Assembly: GCF_009914755.1 (NCBI RefSeq)
Contig: NC_060939.1
Reading direction: 5' to 3' (one strand)
Length of the DNA: 64,000 nucleotides
From: the human T2T-CHM13v2.0 reference genome, Homo sapiens
The position numbers and the translations under genes were made by a program. Every line of letters starts with the position of its first letter. The stretch's first letter is position 1. The notes beneath the pieces are model-generated. The model had not been told where the DNA came from and did no database searches. It saw only the letters and a program-made list of their open reading frames with translations. Below are positions 26,450 through 40,590 of this stretch, one piece after another.

Positions 26450-28010
26450 TATCTTTCTAAAATTTATTCATATTGAAACATCTACCTCTGGTCTATTTAC
26501 CTTCCCTGCTGAATAATACTTTACCATATGGAAATACCATGATGTACAATTACAAGCAATAGTGCCATATACATTCCTGTATAGGCTTCTTGGGAAGAAT
26601 CCCTCTTACTATGTTCTTAGAAGTGGGATTGCTAAACTGTAGGGTAGGCTTGTCTTCATTTTCACTATAATTGCCAATTATTTGAAGTAGTTGTAACAAT
26701 TTGTATTCCCACAAGCAATACCGGGAAGCTTGTTTCGTGTTTGGCTTCACTTGGTATCGTGAGGCTTTAACATTTTTTTTGCCAATCATATGAGTGTAAA
26801 TTGCTATCTTTTAATTTATATAGTGCACATACTTTATTACTGGGGACACATGTAACCTTTCTTTCTAATGCACAGCTGTCATGGATTTGTTTTCAATGTG
26901 ACTCATTTATTAAGTACTGAAAATTGCAAGGCTTCCTGAAGTTGCTAATCAGGGCTGCAGACAGATTTGATGCTTTAGATCCACGTTCTCTAACTCTGCC
27001 TCTCTGGTGTCAGTATTTCTTTCTTCTAGTTTTAGTGGTTCCCCTTTTCAGGGACTAGGAACATTCTGGCTGTAGAAATCTGTTGCAGTAATGGGAAGGA
27101 TTTTTACTAAAACAACTCAATTGTTTTCTTACCTAGTAATTATGCAGACTTTAAAATATATTTAAGAAAATCACTCAAGTTATATACAAAACCATACACT
27201 ACCAAAGCATATACAAAGTGCAAGTTTTCTTTCATCCTTCTCCTCTTCCTCCTCCAATAAATAACCACATGTAGAGAGCCTCTACTTTTTCCTTTGTATT
27301 TGTGTTTATGCACAAATGCAATGAATATTCTTGAACATGTTTCCTTGGTCCCATGAGCAGAAGGTGAATGTGATTTTTTAACTTAATTTTATCTATCAAC
27401 ATCAGCACAGTATTCTATAATGTGGAAGTATGAGAACTAATCTAACTCTTCTAATAACGGACATTTAGGTTGCTTCTAGTTTTTCATTATTTTAAGCAAT
27501 GTTGTGGAAAACATTCTTGTTAATGTCTTTGGACATCAGTGTGAAAATTGTCTTAGGAAATATTTGTAGAAATGCTATTTACATGCTATTTTTTGCCTAC
27601 TTTATTAATTTTTATTTAAAACATTTTAAAGTACCTTAGGAATTGGTGACTTCTAAGTAGGTGTAGGACACAGTACCTAGATTCTCTGAGCTTTGTGTTC
27701 CGCATAAAGTGGAGGAAGTGACAGTAACTACCTGGATAGGGTAATTTTGAGGATTAAATGAGATACTGTGTACCAAGTCCATAGCATGGGTTTGGATCAC
27801 AGTAGAGACTAGAAAGTTCCCTTATGCCTCCTCTTAGTCTGCCCGCAACCCCAATATACCCTTGGATATTTTTCCAGCTCAGATTTTAGAATTTGATAGA
27901 AGTGGAATCATATTGTGATCACTCCATGGTATAAGGTTTTTTTCAGTCAAGAAAAGGTTTTTGATATTCAACCATGTTGTTGCACATGTCAATAGTTCTT
28001 CACTTCTTTC
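26450..28010 (-). mobile_element. Ancient L1ME fragments interrupted by a MIR
   Basis: agaagtgggattgct..ttgtattcccacaagcaat; ggacatttaggttgcttctagttt; aagtggaatcata..atattcaaccatgttgttgca; MIR at ~27630-27810. Confidence 0.6.
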
Positions 28011-28554
28011 TCCTCCTACCTCAGCTCTTAGAGAAGGAATAGTGTAAAAAACAGGGAAATAAAACAATATATTTCCACTTATAACAGGTTTTGGTCTAGA
28101 GCTGGCATTGTTCTCAAATATATCTAACAGTTTCCCTTGGAAAGAAGAATTTATTTTCTATGCAGCACATAACCGGAAACATAAAGAGGCAAAAGCCCTC
28201 CCAGTCTGCCGTGTGAAAAGCATCATGTTGACTGCATTTCTCAAATGGTAAACGCAGGCAAAGGGGCAGCTCCCAATCCTTATTTTCTCACTATCAGCCC
28301 CACCACTCCTATTTTTTCATCTGGGAAAAATAATGATGATTGTAATAACAATAGAAAAACAATAACAAGGACAGTAGAAAAGGTTATTGAATGCACTGGC
28401 TGTGGCAGAGAGCAATTAGAAATGTTTTGTTTTTTCCCTTTACTTCTTCAAAGTTGCTAAGTGGACTCATTCTTACCCACCCATTGGATAGAATCTTTGA
28501 CATTTCATATTTCACTGAGTAATTTAAGCTATTAAGAAATCCTGTCTAGTTTAA

Positions 28555-28842
28555 CACAGAAACAGAAAACCAAACACCGCATGTTCTCACTCATAAGCGG
28601 GAGTTAACAATGAGAACACATGGACACAGGGAGGGGAAAATCACACACTGGGGCCAGTCACGGGGTGGAGGATGAGGGGAGGGAGAACATTAGAACAAAT
28701 AGCTAATTCATGTGGGGCTTAAAACCTAGATGATGGGTTGAGAGGTGCAGCAAACCACCATGGCACACATAGACCTATATAACAAACCTACACATTCTGC
28801 ACCTGTATCCTGGAACTTAAAGTAAAAAAAAAAAAAAAAAAA
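28555..28842 (+). mobile_element. L1PA 3' end fragment
   Basis: cagaaaaccaaacaccgcatgttctcactcataag..ggaacttaaagta+poly(A); TSD aaatcctgtctagtttaa at 28537-28554 and 28843-28860. Confidence 0.95.
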
Positions 28843-28955
28843 AAATCCTGTCTAGTTTAATTTCAAAATTCAAAAATCTCATCCAATTTAAAACTTCACC
28901 CTTCCTTGCATATTTTAATACATAAAATAACAACAAAAGATAATGAAAAGAGGTA

Positions 28956-29294
28956 TAGGTTGAGCATCCCTAATCCATAAAACCTGAAATCCCAAATGCT
29001 CCAAAATCTGACATCCGTCCACATGGATGGCTGAGATGGTGACATGTGTGCTTTCTGATGGTTCAATGTGTACAAACTTTGTTTCAGGCACAAAATTGTT
29101 AAAAATATTATGTAACGTTTCATTTGGCCTACGTGTATGAGGTGTATATAAACATAAGTGAATTTTGTGTTTAGACTTTTGTTCTAACCTTAAGAGATCT
29201 CTTTATGTACATGTAAATGTTCCAAAATCTGAAAAAATTCAAAATCCAAAACACTTCTTGTCCCAAGGAATTCAGGTAAGGGATATTCAACCAG
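28956..29294. mobile_element. Tigger4b/MER46 (Zombi)-like DNA transposon
   Basis: aggttgagcatccctaatcc..aaatgctccaaaatctg...taagggatattcaacc terminal inverted repeats with TA flanks. Confidence 0.88.
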
Positions 29295-29662
29295 TATACC
29301 TAAAAAGTCAATGGATACTTTAAAATGAAATTCCAAAAACATTTAAATTGTCCAAAAAACATCAGGAGAAAAGGAACAGGAGAAAAAGTGGGGAGGGAGG
29401 GGGGTGTAAACAGAAAACAAATAAAATAGTAAAACAAATAATTAAATGGTAAGCCTAAATCCAATTACATCATTCAACTACTGATAAATCTATATTTAAT
29501 AACATTAAATGTTAATGAATCATACCACATACTCCACTTGAAGTGCAGGGATGGCCAGAATTGATTTAAAAAACCACAAGACCCAATTATGTGCTGTATA
29601 TAAAATACACACTTTAAATAGAAAAAAGACAAATATAGGTAGGTCTAAATAAGTACATTTAA

Positions 29663-29969
<307 letters not shown>

Positions 29970-31048
29970 CTAAATAAGTACACTTAAAAAAGACACATTA
30001 TGCAAACCGTCAGTAATGGAAGTCTGAAGTAGCTATATTAATATCAAATAAAATATGCTATAAGTCAAAGAGTATTGCCAAAGATAGAGACATTTCATGA
30101 TAACAGTAGACTCATTTCATGAGGAAGACAGATTAAAAAAAATTAAGTACGTAAAATCAGAGCTTCAATTTGCACGAAACAAAAATAGAACTAAAGGGAT
30201 AAATAGACAATCCACAATTTTTATTGGTGATTTTAATACCCATCTCTCAGGCAATTGACAGATAAGCTAGACAAAATCTTAGTAAAGATGCAGATGATCT
30301 GAACGGCAGTATCCACCATCTTGAACGAACCTATGGAAGATTACACCCAATAACTGCAGAATACTTATACGTTTCAAGTACATGCAGTGTTCACCAGGAT
30401 AGGTCGTATGCTAGGTTATAAAAAAAAGACTCAATCGACTAAAACAAATTGAATTCATGCAGTATGTGTTCCCTGACCACAATAGGATTAAACTAGAAAT
30501 GAATAATAAGAGATCTAGGAAAGCCCCAAGTATTTGGAGATTAAATATAATCCACAAGCCCAAGAAGAAATCACAGGTTTGAATAGAAAATATTTTACTC
30601 CGAGGGATAATCAAAATACAACATGTCAACACTCGTGAATTACAGCCATGGTAGTGCCCAGAGGGAAATATAGCTGTACATGCTTATACTGCAGTAGAAA
30701 AAAAGAGAAAGGTCTAAAATCAATGACCTAAAGGTCCACCTAAAGAAGATTGAAAAAAAAAAAAAAACCAAAAAAACAAAACGAACAAAAAAAAAAACAA
30801 AGCAAAGAAAACTTCAAGGAAGTAGTAAGAAGGAAGCAATGAAGATAAAAGTGCAGGGATCAACCAAATTGAAGTCAGACAAAATAATAGAGAAAATTAA
30901 CAAGGCAAAAAAGTTGGCTCTTTGGAAAGATCAATACTTAATAAACCTCTAGCTACTCTGATCATGAAAAAAAGAGAGAAAATAGAAATTATCAATATCA
31001 AAGTGAAAGAGAGAAGTGAAATTATCACTACAGATCCTATAGACATTG

Positions 31049-31363
<315 letters not shown>

Positions 31364-32047
31364 ACCATTCAGAAGGGGAAAAGATTTGAGGAGCCACTTT
31401 GCAAAGCTAATATACAGGTGGGACAAAATGTTCCATATCAATAAGCATCAAGGAAATGCAAATTAAAACCACAGTGAGATACCACTACTCACCCAACAAA
31501 ATAACTAAGTTTGGAAAGACTAAACACCAAATGTTGGCAAGAATATGGCACAACTGTAACTCTCCTATATTGCTAAATGGGAATATAAAATAGTACGACC
31601 ACTTTGCCAAATTTCTGGAATTTTCTTACATAACTAATATACATCTCATCAATAATAAATTTTCCTGTTAGGCATTTACCCCAAATTAGTGAAAATACAT
31701 GTTAATAAAAATACTTATAGAAGAACACAATAGCTTTATTCATAATAATCAAAAGTTGGAAATACTCCTGGTGACCATAAATAGAAGATCAGATAGCAAA
31801 CTATGGTAATTCATACCGTGAAATACTACTCAGCAATAAAAATGCAAGAGTTATTGATATGTGCAACCACGTGGATAAATATAAAAATTATTTTGCGGAC
31901 TGAAAGAATCCTTATATATAGGGTTATCATAATATGATTCCATTTATGTGGAATTTCTAAAGTTGGCAAACAGTCTACACTGGAAAAAATCTAAGGGTAT
32001 AGAGGTGGAGATTGACTGAAATAGGTCATGAGGAGACTTTCTGAGGT

Positions 32048-32410
32048 TGCATTAGTCCGTTTTTCCATTGCGGATGAAGACATACCTGATACTGGGTACT
32101 TTATAAAGAAAAATAGGTTTAATGGATTCACAGTTCCACGTGGCTGGGGAGGCCTCACAATCATGGCAGAAGGCAAAAGGCACATCTTACATGGTGGCAA
32201 ACAAGAGAGAAATGAGAAACAAGCAAAAGAGCTTTCCCTTTATAAAATCTTCAGCTCTTGTGAGACTTATTCACTACCACAAGAACAGTATGGGGGAAAC
32301 TGCCCACATGATTCAATTCTCTTCCACTGGGTTCCTCCCACAACACTTGGGAATTCTGCGAGCTACAATTCAAGATGAGATTTGGGTGAGGACACAGCCA
32401 AACTGTATCA
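32048..32410 (-). mobile_element. THE1 (THE1B-like) MaLR solo LTR
   Basis: tgcattagtccgtttt..gaggcctcacaatcatggcagaagg..gatgagatttgggtgaggacacagccaaactgtatca; 5-bp TSD gaggt/gagat. Confidence 0.93.
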
Positions 32411-33584
32411 GAGATTACGGTAATGTTCTTTATTTGATACAATTTTGGGTTACACAAATGTACATTTTTGTCAAAATTCAGCAAATACATACTTAAAAGT
32501 TTTCATTTCATCATTTGTAAATTTTACACCAAAAGGAAAAAAAAATACCAAATTCTAGTTAATGCATGTTGAGTTATTGATGTCTGTAATTTACTTTGAA
32601 ATGCCTAAAAACTAAGATGAATTAGCGGATGGATAGAGAGATGGATCTATGGCTAGACATGAGATAAAACAAGAATACAAGTTGGTGAAGATATAGTTGT
32701 TCACTGTAAAGTTTTTTCAACTTTGCTGTATGTTCGTAAATGGTCATAATAAAGTATCAGCAAAAAAAACCCCTCATCCTTCCTCCTCTTTGTGACAGCC
32801 CCAGCTTGAAAAACCCACAGTGGGAGGGGAGAGGAGGGCAGTGTATTTGGCTTCTGATTGTCCACCCCCTACTCCTTAGCAGTGGTTTCTGGCCCTTCTA
32901 GGGCTGGCTAGGAGGCAGGGAGAAAGGAGAGATAGAGGAACAGATAGGTCTTAATGAATCGTTCAGTTGTATTATGGCCTCACATTTTGGGTGCAGACAT
33001 GCAGTTGTTGGCCGTTTCTTGTGGGTTCCTCAGAAATTCCCCCGGTAGAGATCTCTGACAGCAGGTCACTACCTCAGGCAATACATTTTCTGGGCGGCCA
33101 CTAAGAGCCCTCCTACCATCTGCCTCTGGTGGTCCAGGGCAGCCTCTTCCTGCTGAAGTTGCCTCACCCCTGGCAGGAAGCTTTTTTGGTCAGAGTCTTC
33201 CTTCAAATCGATGGCTCATTCTCTATTATGCAGTTCATATTTGGCCCATAGAAAACATGCACACACCTTCGCTTGGTTTCATGTGAAGTATGTTCCACTC
33301 CCAATTCCAATCTCTTCTGTCACCCCCATTATTCCAACTCGGCCACAGCCTTTTGCCTTTGGACTTTATTCAGATGTAATTGCAGCTCCCGAGTTCTTCA
33401 AGCTTCAGGGACGTGGGCCAATCTGTCTGAATGGTTAATTTGAAGTTCCTGTTCATGCAGCTCATTTGCTTTAAAATGAAGGAAAAGCATTTTCCCATCC
33501 ATGAGAATTGGGTAAGGAGGGGTTCATACAGCACACAACCCTTCGAAGAAGTACTCAGTGTAATCTTCCAATGAAACTTTAGTC

Positions 33585-34169
33585 TTAGTCAGTGTGGCGA
33601 TTCCTCAGGGATCGAGAACGAGAAATACCATTTGACCCAGCAATGCCATTACTGGGTATATACCCAAAGGATTATAAATCATGCTGCTATAAAGATACAT
33701 GCACACGTATGTTTATTGCGGCACTATTCACAATAGCAAAGACCTGGAAACAACCCAAATGTACAACAATGATAGACTGGATTAAGAAAATGTGGCACAT
33801 ATACACCATGGAATACTATGCAGCCACAAAAAATGATGAGTTCATGTCCTTTGTAGGCACATGGATGAAGCTGGAAACCATCATTCTCAGCAAACTATCA
33901 CAAGGACAAAAAACCAAACGCCGCATGTTCTCACTCATAGGTGGGAATTGAACAATGAGAACACGTGGACACAGGAAGGGGAACATCACACACCGGGGCC
34001 TGTTGTGGGGTGGGGGGAGGGGGGAGGGATAGCATTAGGAGATATACCTAATGTTAAATGACGAGTTAATGGGTGCAGCACACCAACATGGCACATGTAT
34101 ACGTATGTAACAGACCTGCACGTTGTGCACATGTACCCTAGAACCTGAAGTATAATAAAAAAAAATAAA
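33585..34169 (+). mobile_element. 5'-truncated L1PA (L1PA3-5-like)
   Basis: ORF2 C-terminus (..IPFDPA..WIKKMWHIYTMEYYAA..FSLIGGN), G-rich 3'UTR, A tail; TSD gaaa(c/t)tttagtc at 33573-33584 and 34170-34181. Confidence 0.97.
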
Positions 34170-34585
34170 GAAATTTTAGTCCTGTCCTATAAAAGTTGGA
34201 GGTATCTAATAATCTATTCTGGCAAAACTGGTTTTTGCCCACATCCTTTGCAAGTTTTGCACACAAGGTCTAGAACCTGACTGTAAATGAGAGGATTCTT
34301 GACAACTACTGTTTGGCACTTGATCTTTGGCTCCAATGCCAAACTTGGAGAAGACAGCAAGTTTCCATTGTCCTGTAACAATAGCTAATCTGTGCTTTCC
34401 TTTGCTGTCTCGAGTATAGTATAACATTTATGAGGTACCGATGCTTGCAGAAAAGTGTTTTAGAAGTGGAAGTCAGAGTCCTACTGTGGAAAGGAGGCTG
34501 AGAGAACCGCAAATCCTACTCCCTCCTTTCCCGGAGGAGACTCAGATTTGTGATGTGGTTTCCTTGGGGAAACATGAGTAAGTAG

Positions 34586-34924
<339 letters not shown>

Positions 34925-35275
34925 AGAAATTAGCTTTTTATAACCTCCCCTCTGCCTGGGAAATAAGAATTAAAACAGTACTTTTCCTCCCACTTTTTTT
35001 TTTTCAACTAGATGAGCCTGTGTTCCATTGCTGCACGTGGTGAGCCTTTGAACTGAGAGTGGCTGAGCGCAGAGTAACCCTGGTAGCACCCCTGGGCCAC
35101 CTGAAACTGATCGTGCTGTCTTCTTTGGAGTGGCTGCCCCTTTAAAAGAAGACTTAACCCGGGGGACTTTATCTGGCTCTGTGATTCAGCTGGAAAGAGA
35201 CCTGAGCAAGGCCCGGGTAGGGTTGCAGAGCAAAGGGGCGGTTTGTCCTACAGCCTAAAGAAGACAGAACCATGA

Positions 35276-36130
<855 letters not shown>

Positions 36131-36291
36131 GTGGGACTTCTGGATTACAGTTGAGTAACTAGTTGTGGCTGATCATGAACTCTGCCCCCACTAAATAGTG
36201 GAATGCTTTTATTTTCTATATTTCAAGGACGGTCTCTCTGCTCCTTGTCCCTCTTCCGAAGAGCAGGGTGGAAACTGTATTTAGAACACTT

Positions 36292-36607
36292 GCTGGGAGC
36301 AGTGGCTCACGCCTGTAATCCTAGCAATTTAGGAGGCTAATATGGGAGGATTGCTTGAGGCCAGGAGCTTGAGACCAGTCTGAGCAACATAGCAAGACCC
36401 CATCTCTAAAAATAAAATAAAATAAAATAAAACAATTAGCCAGGTGTGGGGGTGCACACCTGTTGGCCTGTTGTCCTAGCTGCTCCCACGAAGCCAACAC
36501 AGGAGGGTCACTTGAGCTCAGGAGTTTGAGGCTGCAGTGAGCCACGATCATGCCACTGCACTCCAGCCTGGGTGACTCCATCTCTTAAAAAACCAACAAA
36601 CAAAAAG
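36292..36607 (+). mobile_element. AluJ
   Basis: ggaggattgcttgaggccaggag, gagtttgaggctgcagtgagccacgatcatgcc AluJ diagnostics. Confidence 0.93.
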
Positions 36608-37379
36608 CCCACTTCCTATCCGGGATGGGAACTGGTAGAGCCTTGTAGCAGTGAGTGACCCAGAGGCAGAGCAGCCATTCGGCCACGGCTTTAATGGTGC
36701 AATTTGAACCTCGTGTTTGTCCTGCTGACCAAGGCTGTGGCTGTCTTAGGGTCCTCCATGTGGTCTGGCCTTGGAGGAAAAGGAACTGTTACATATTCAA
36801 CACTTCCTGTGTGTGGAGCCCAAGATAAGAACTTTATGTTTGTTATTTCGTTTCAGCTTCATGACAGCGTTCTGATACTGTATTTCCCTTTCACAGATGA
36901 GAGAAAGGCTAAGTAGCTTGCCCAGAAACACACAAGTCAGAGGTAGAAGGACCATGTTCTTTAACCAGTTTATAAGTAGACGTCTTCCTAAGAACCTAGA
37001 GCTGACGGCATAGTGTTGACCTCGTGGCTAAGCTAATCAAATTGACATTTAATGAAAAGCAATAGATTATCTCCTGTGGCCTCAGGAAGAGCCACTTGAC
37101 TATAGATAATCAGTGACAGAAATGCCTCTGTCAAAGGAATATGTGATCAGAATTCATGGGCAGCAATGGGACATAGGAATGTGGGAATGAGAGGTTTGAG
37201 CTCCAGGGGTACTGGAGAGGGCTTCTCCCCCAGCACTCCCTGACTCTGGAATGCTGCTGCCTCTTAAATATGGATACAACCCCACTCTGTTGTTTTGTAC
37301 TGCCCCATGCCCCAAATCTCTCTTTTGATGGACTGTATCCTCCAATAACTTCTTCAAGCAAGGATACACTGAAGCAAAT

Positions 37380-37700
37380 TGTTCTGAAAGATGACATTAT
37401 TCTTTATTACACTTACATGACTGGTTGGGCATAAAATTTTAGATTGGAAGTAATTTCCCTTTCAAATTTTGAACATATTACTCCATTATGTTCTGGCTTC
37501 TGGTAGTGCTGTTGAGAAGCCTAAAATCAATCTAATTTTTGATTCTTTGTAAGTATTAATTTTTAAAAAACTTTTCTGAAAACTTTGGGGAGCTTTTCCT
37601 TCTTTGTTATATATTCCAAATTTTCAAGATGATGTGCCTTGGTGTGGGTTTGTTTTCATGTGTTTCAACCCAGGAAGTTATGTGGTTCAACTTGAGACAT
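37380..37700 (-). mobile_element. HAL1/L1M ORF1-region remnant, continuing at ~40650-41700
   Basis: tactccattatgttctggcttctggtagtgctgttgagaag..; right part ctcagatgcctggtgacccttagctgtc. Confidence 0.55.
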
Positions 37701-40590
37701 TTTCTTTTCTTTTTTTTTTTTTTAACTTTTATTTAAGTTCAGGGGTGCAAGTGCAGGTTTGTTATGTGGGTAAACTCGTCATGGGAGTTTGTTGTACAGA
37801 TTATTTCATTACTCAGGTATTAAGCCTAGTACCCATTAGTTGTTTCTCCTGATCCTCTTCCTCCTCCCAGTCCCCACTCTCTGAAAGGGCCCAGTGTGTG
37901 TTGTTCCCCCACCTGCCATGTGTCCCTGTGTTCTCATCATTTAGCTCTCACTTATAAGTGAGAACATCTGGTATTTGGATTTTTTGTTCCTGCATTAGTT
38001 TGCTAAGGATAATAGCCTCCAGCTCCATCCATGTCCCTGAAAAGGACATGATCTCATTCTTTTTTATGGCTGCATAATATTCCTTGGTGTATAGGTATCA
38101 CACTTTCTTTATCCAGTCTACCATTGATAGGCATTTAGGTTGACTCCGTATCTTTGCTGTTGTGGATAGTGCTGCAGTGAATGTATGCATGCACATGTCT
38201 TTATAACAGAATGATTTATATTCCTTTGGGTATATACCCAGTAACCCATTACTGGGTTTGCTGAGTCAAATGGTGTTTCTCTCTTTAGGTCTTTGAGGAA
38301 TCACCACACTATCTTTCACAATGACAGAAGTAATTTGCACTCCCAAATACAGTGTATAAGTGTTCTTTTTTCTCCACAACCTCGCCAGCATGTGTTGTTT
38401 TTGACTTTTTAATAATAGTCATTCTGACTGGTGTGAGATGGTATCTCATTGCGGTTTTGATTTGCATTTCTGTAATGATCAGTGATGTTGACCTTTTTTC
38501 ATATGATTGTTGGTTGCATATATGTCTTCTTTTGAAAAGTGTCTGTTCATGTCCTTTGCCCACTTTTTTATGGGGTTGTTTGTTTTCCTCTTATAAATTT
38601 AATTTCCTTATAGATGCTGGATATTCGACCTTTGTGGGATACACAGTTTGCAAAAATTTTCTCCCGTGTTGTAGGTTGTCTGTTTACTCTGTTGATAGTT
38701 TCTTTTGCTGTGCAGAAGATTTTCAGTTTCACTTGACCCCGTTTGTCAATTTTTGCTTTTGTTGCCACTGCTTTTGGCATCTTCATCATGAAATCTTTGC
38801 CTGTGCTTATGTCCTGAATGGCATTGCCTCAGGTGTCTTCCAGGGTTTTTATCCTTTTATAGTTTTAAGTCTTTAATCTAACTTGAGTTAATTTTTGTAT
38901 ATGGTGTAAGGAAGGGGTCTAGTTTCAATCTTTTGCATATGGCTAGCCAGTTATCCCAGCACCGTTTACTAAATAGGGAGATTTCTTTCCCCATTGCTTG
39001 TTTTTGTTAAGTTTGCCAAAGATTCTGACTGGTGTGAGATGGTATCTCATTGTGGTTTTGATTTGCATTTCTCTAATGATCAGTGATGCTGAGCTTTTTT
39101 CATACCATTGTTGGTTGCATACATGTCTTTGGGTTTTACATTTAAGTCTTTAAGATAGTTGTAGATGTGTGGTCTTATTTCTAGGTCCTCTTTTCTGTTA
39201 CATTAGTCTATGTGTTTGTTTGTGTACCAGTACCATGCTGTTTTGGTTACTGTAGCCCTGTAGTATAGTTTAAAGTCCGATGCTTCCAGCTTTGCTCTTT
39301 TTGCTTACGATTGCCTTGGCTGTTTGGGCTCTTTTTTGGTTCCATATTAATTTTTTAAAAACTGGTTTTCTGAAATAATTAATAAAACTCATAATCTATT
39401 TCTTACAAATTTTCAAGAACTCAAACAAAATCTTGACTGTTTTTGGAGTTTGCTCGTTGAAGGATTTTTTAAAATTTATTTACTTCCCAGTAATTGGTCT
39501 ATTAAAATCTCATTGGTTAAAAAAAAATAGATAGACTTGTAGCTAGACTAATAAAGGAGAAAGAGAGAACATTCAAATAAAAACAATCAGAAACAATAAG
39601 GGCGATATTACCACTGACCCCACAGAAATACAAACAACCATCAGAGAATATTATGAACAACTCTGTGCACATAAACTAGAATATCTAGAAGAAATTGATA
39701 AATTCTGGGTCACATCCACCCTCCTTGGGATGCAAGGTTGGTTCAACATATGCAGATCAATAAATGTGATTCATCACATAAACAGAGCTAAAGAAAAAAA
39801 CCCACATGATTATCTTAATGGACGCAGCAAAGGCTTTTGATAAAATTCAACATCCATTCATGTTAAAAACTCTCAATAAACTGGATATTGAAGGAACATA
39901 CCTCAAAATAATAAAAACCATATGTGACAAACCCACAGCCAACATCATACTGAATGGACAAAAGCTGCAAGCATTCCCCTTGGAAACTGGCATAAGACAA
40001 AGATGCCCTCTCTCCCACTCCCACATTAGCTTTGAAGTTTGTTTGTTTTTTGCTCTCGGTTTTCTAGTTCTTTTAGTAGTGATGTTGGGTTGTTAACCTG
40101 AGATCTCACTTTTTGATGTGGACATTTAGTACTATAAATTTCTCTCTTAACACTGCTTTATTAGCTGCATCCCAGAAACTCTGGTAAGTTGTATCTTTGT
40201 TCTCATTAGTTCCAAAGAACATGAACTTCTTGATTTCTGCCTTAATTTCATTATTTACCCAGAGTTATTCAGGAGCAAGTTATTCAATTTCCATGTAATT
40301 GCATGGTTTTAAATGAATTTCTTAGTCCTGATTTCAAATGTGATTGCATTTGCTTTGTGACGTAACATATCTTGTATCCTTGAGAATGATCCATGTGCTG
40401 AGTAGAAGAATTTATATTCTGCAGCCATTGGATGAAATGTTCCTTGAATATCTATTAGTTCCATTTGGTCTATAGTGCAGATTAAATTTGATGTTTCTTT
40501 GTTGATTTTCTGTCTGGAAGATCTGTCCAATGCTGAAAGGTGGGTGTTGAAATCTCCAGCTATTATTGTGTTAGGCTTTTTCTCTCTCTC
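37700..40590 (-). mobile_element. Older L1PA (L1PA13-16-like) with internal inversion and templated patch
   Basis: T tail and 3'UTR at ~37700-37980; antisense ORF2 to ~39355; sense ORF2 at ~39360-40021 (..[14 protein letters not shown]..); antisense EN-region sequence at 40022-40590. Confidence 0.9.

Noticed and set aside
33118-33140. CTCF-like motif (ctgcctctggtgg; also tgccctctagg near 44128)
   Set aside because: Only partial matches to the core; expected by chance in 64 kb
32770-33570. Possible very old LTR, and possible L3/CR1 fragment near 15300-15550
   Set aside because: The resemblance is too weak to name without a profile search
33592-33951. 119-aa ORF with clear protein character
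   Set aside because: It is the C-terminus of L1 ORF2p in a 5'-truncated copy, with a non-ATG start and no promoter
34005-34030. G-quadruplex-forming tract
   Set aside because: Standard L1PA 3'UTR G-rich tract, not locus-specific
38352-38876. Longest ORF (174 aa, hydrophobic and Cys-rich)
   Set aside because: Antisense reading of L1 ORF2; the composition reflects the T-rich strand
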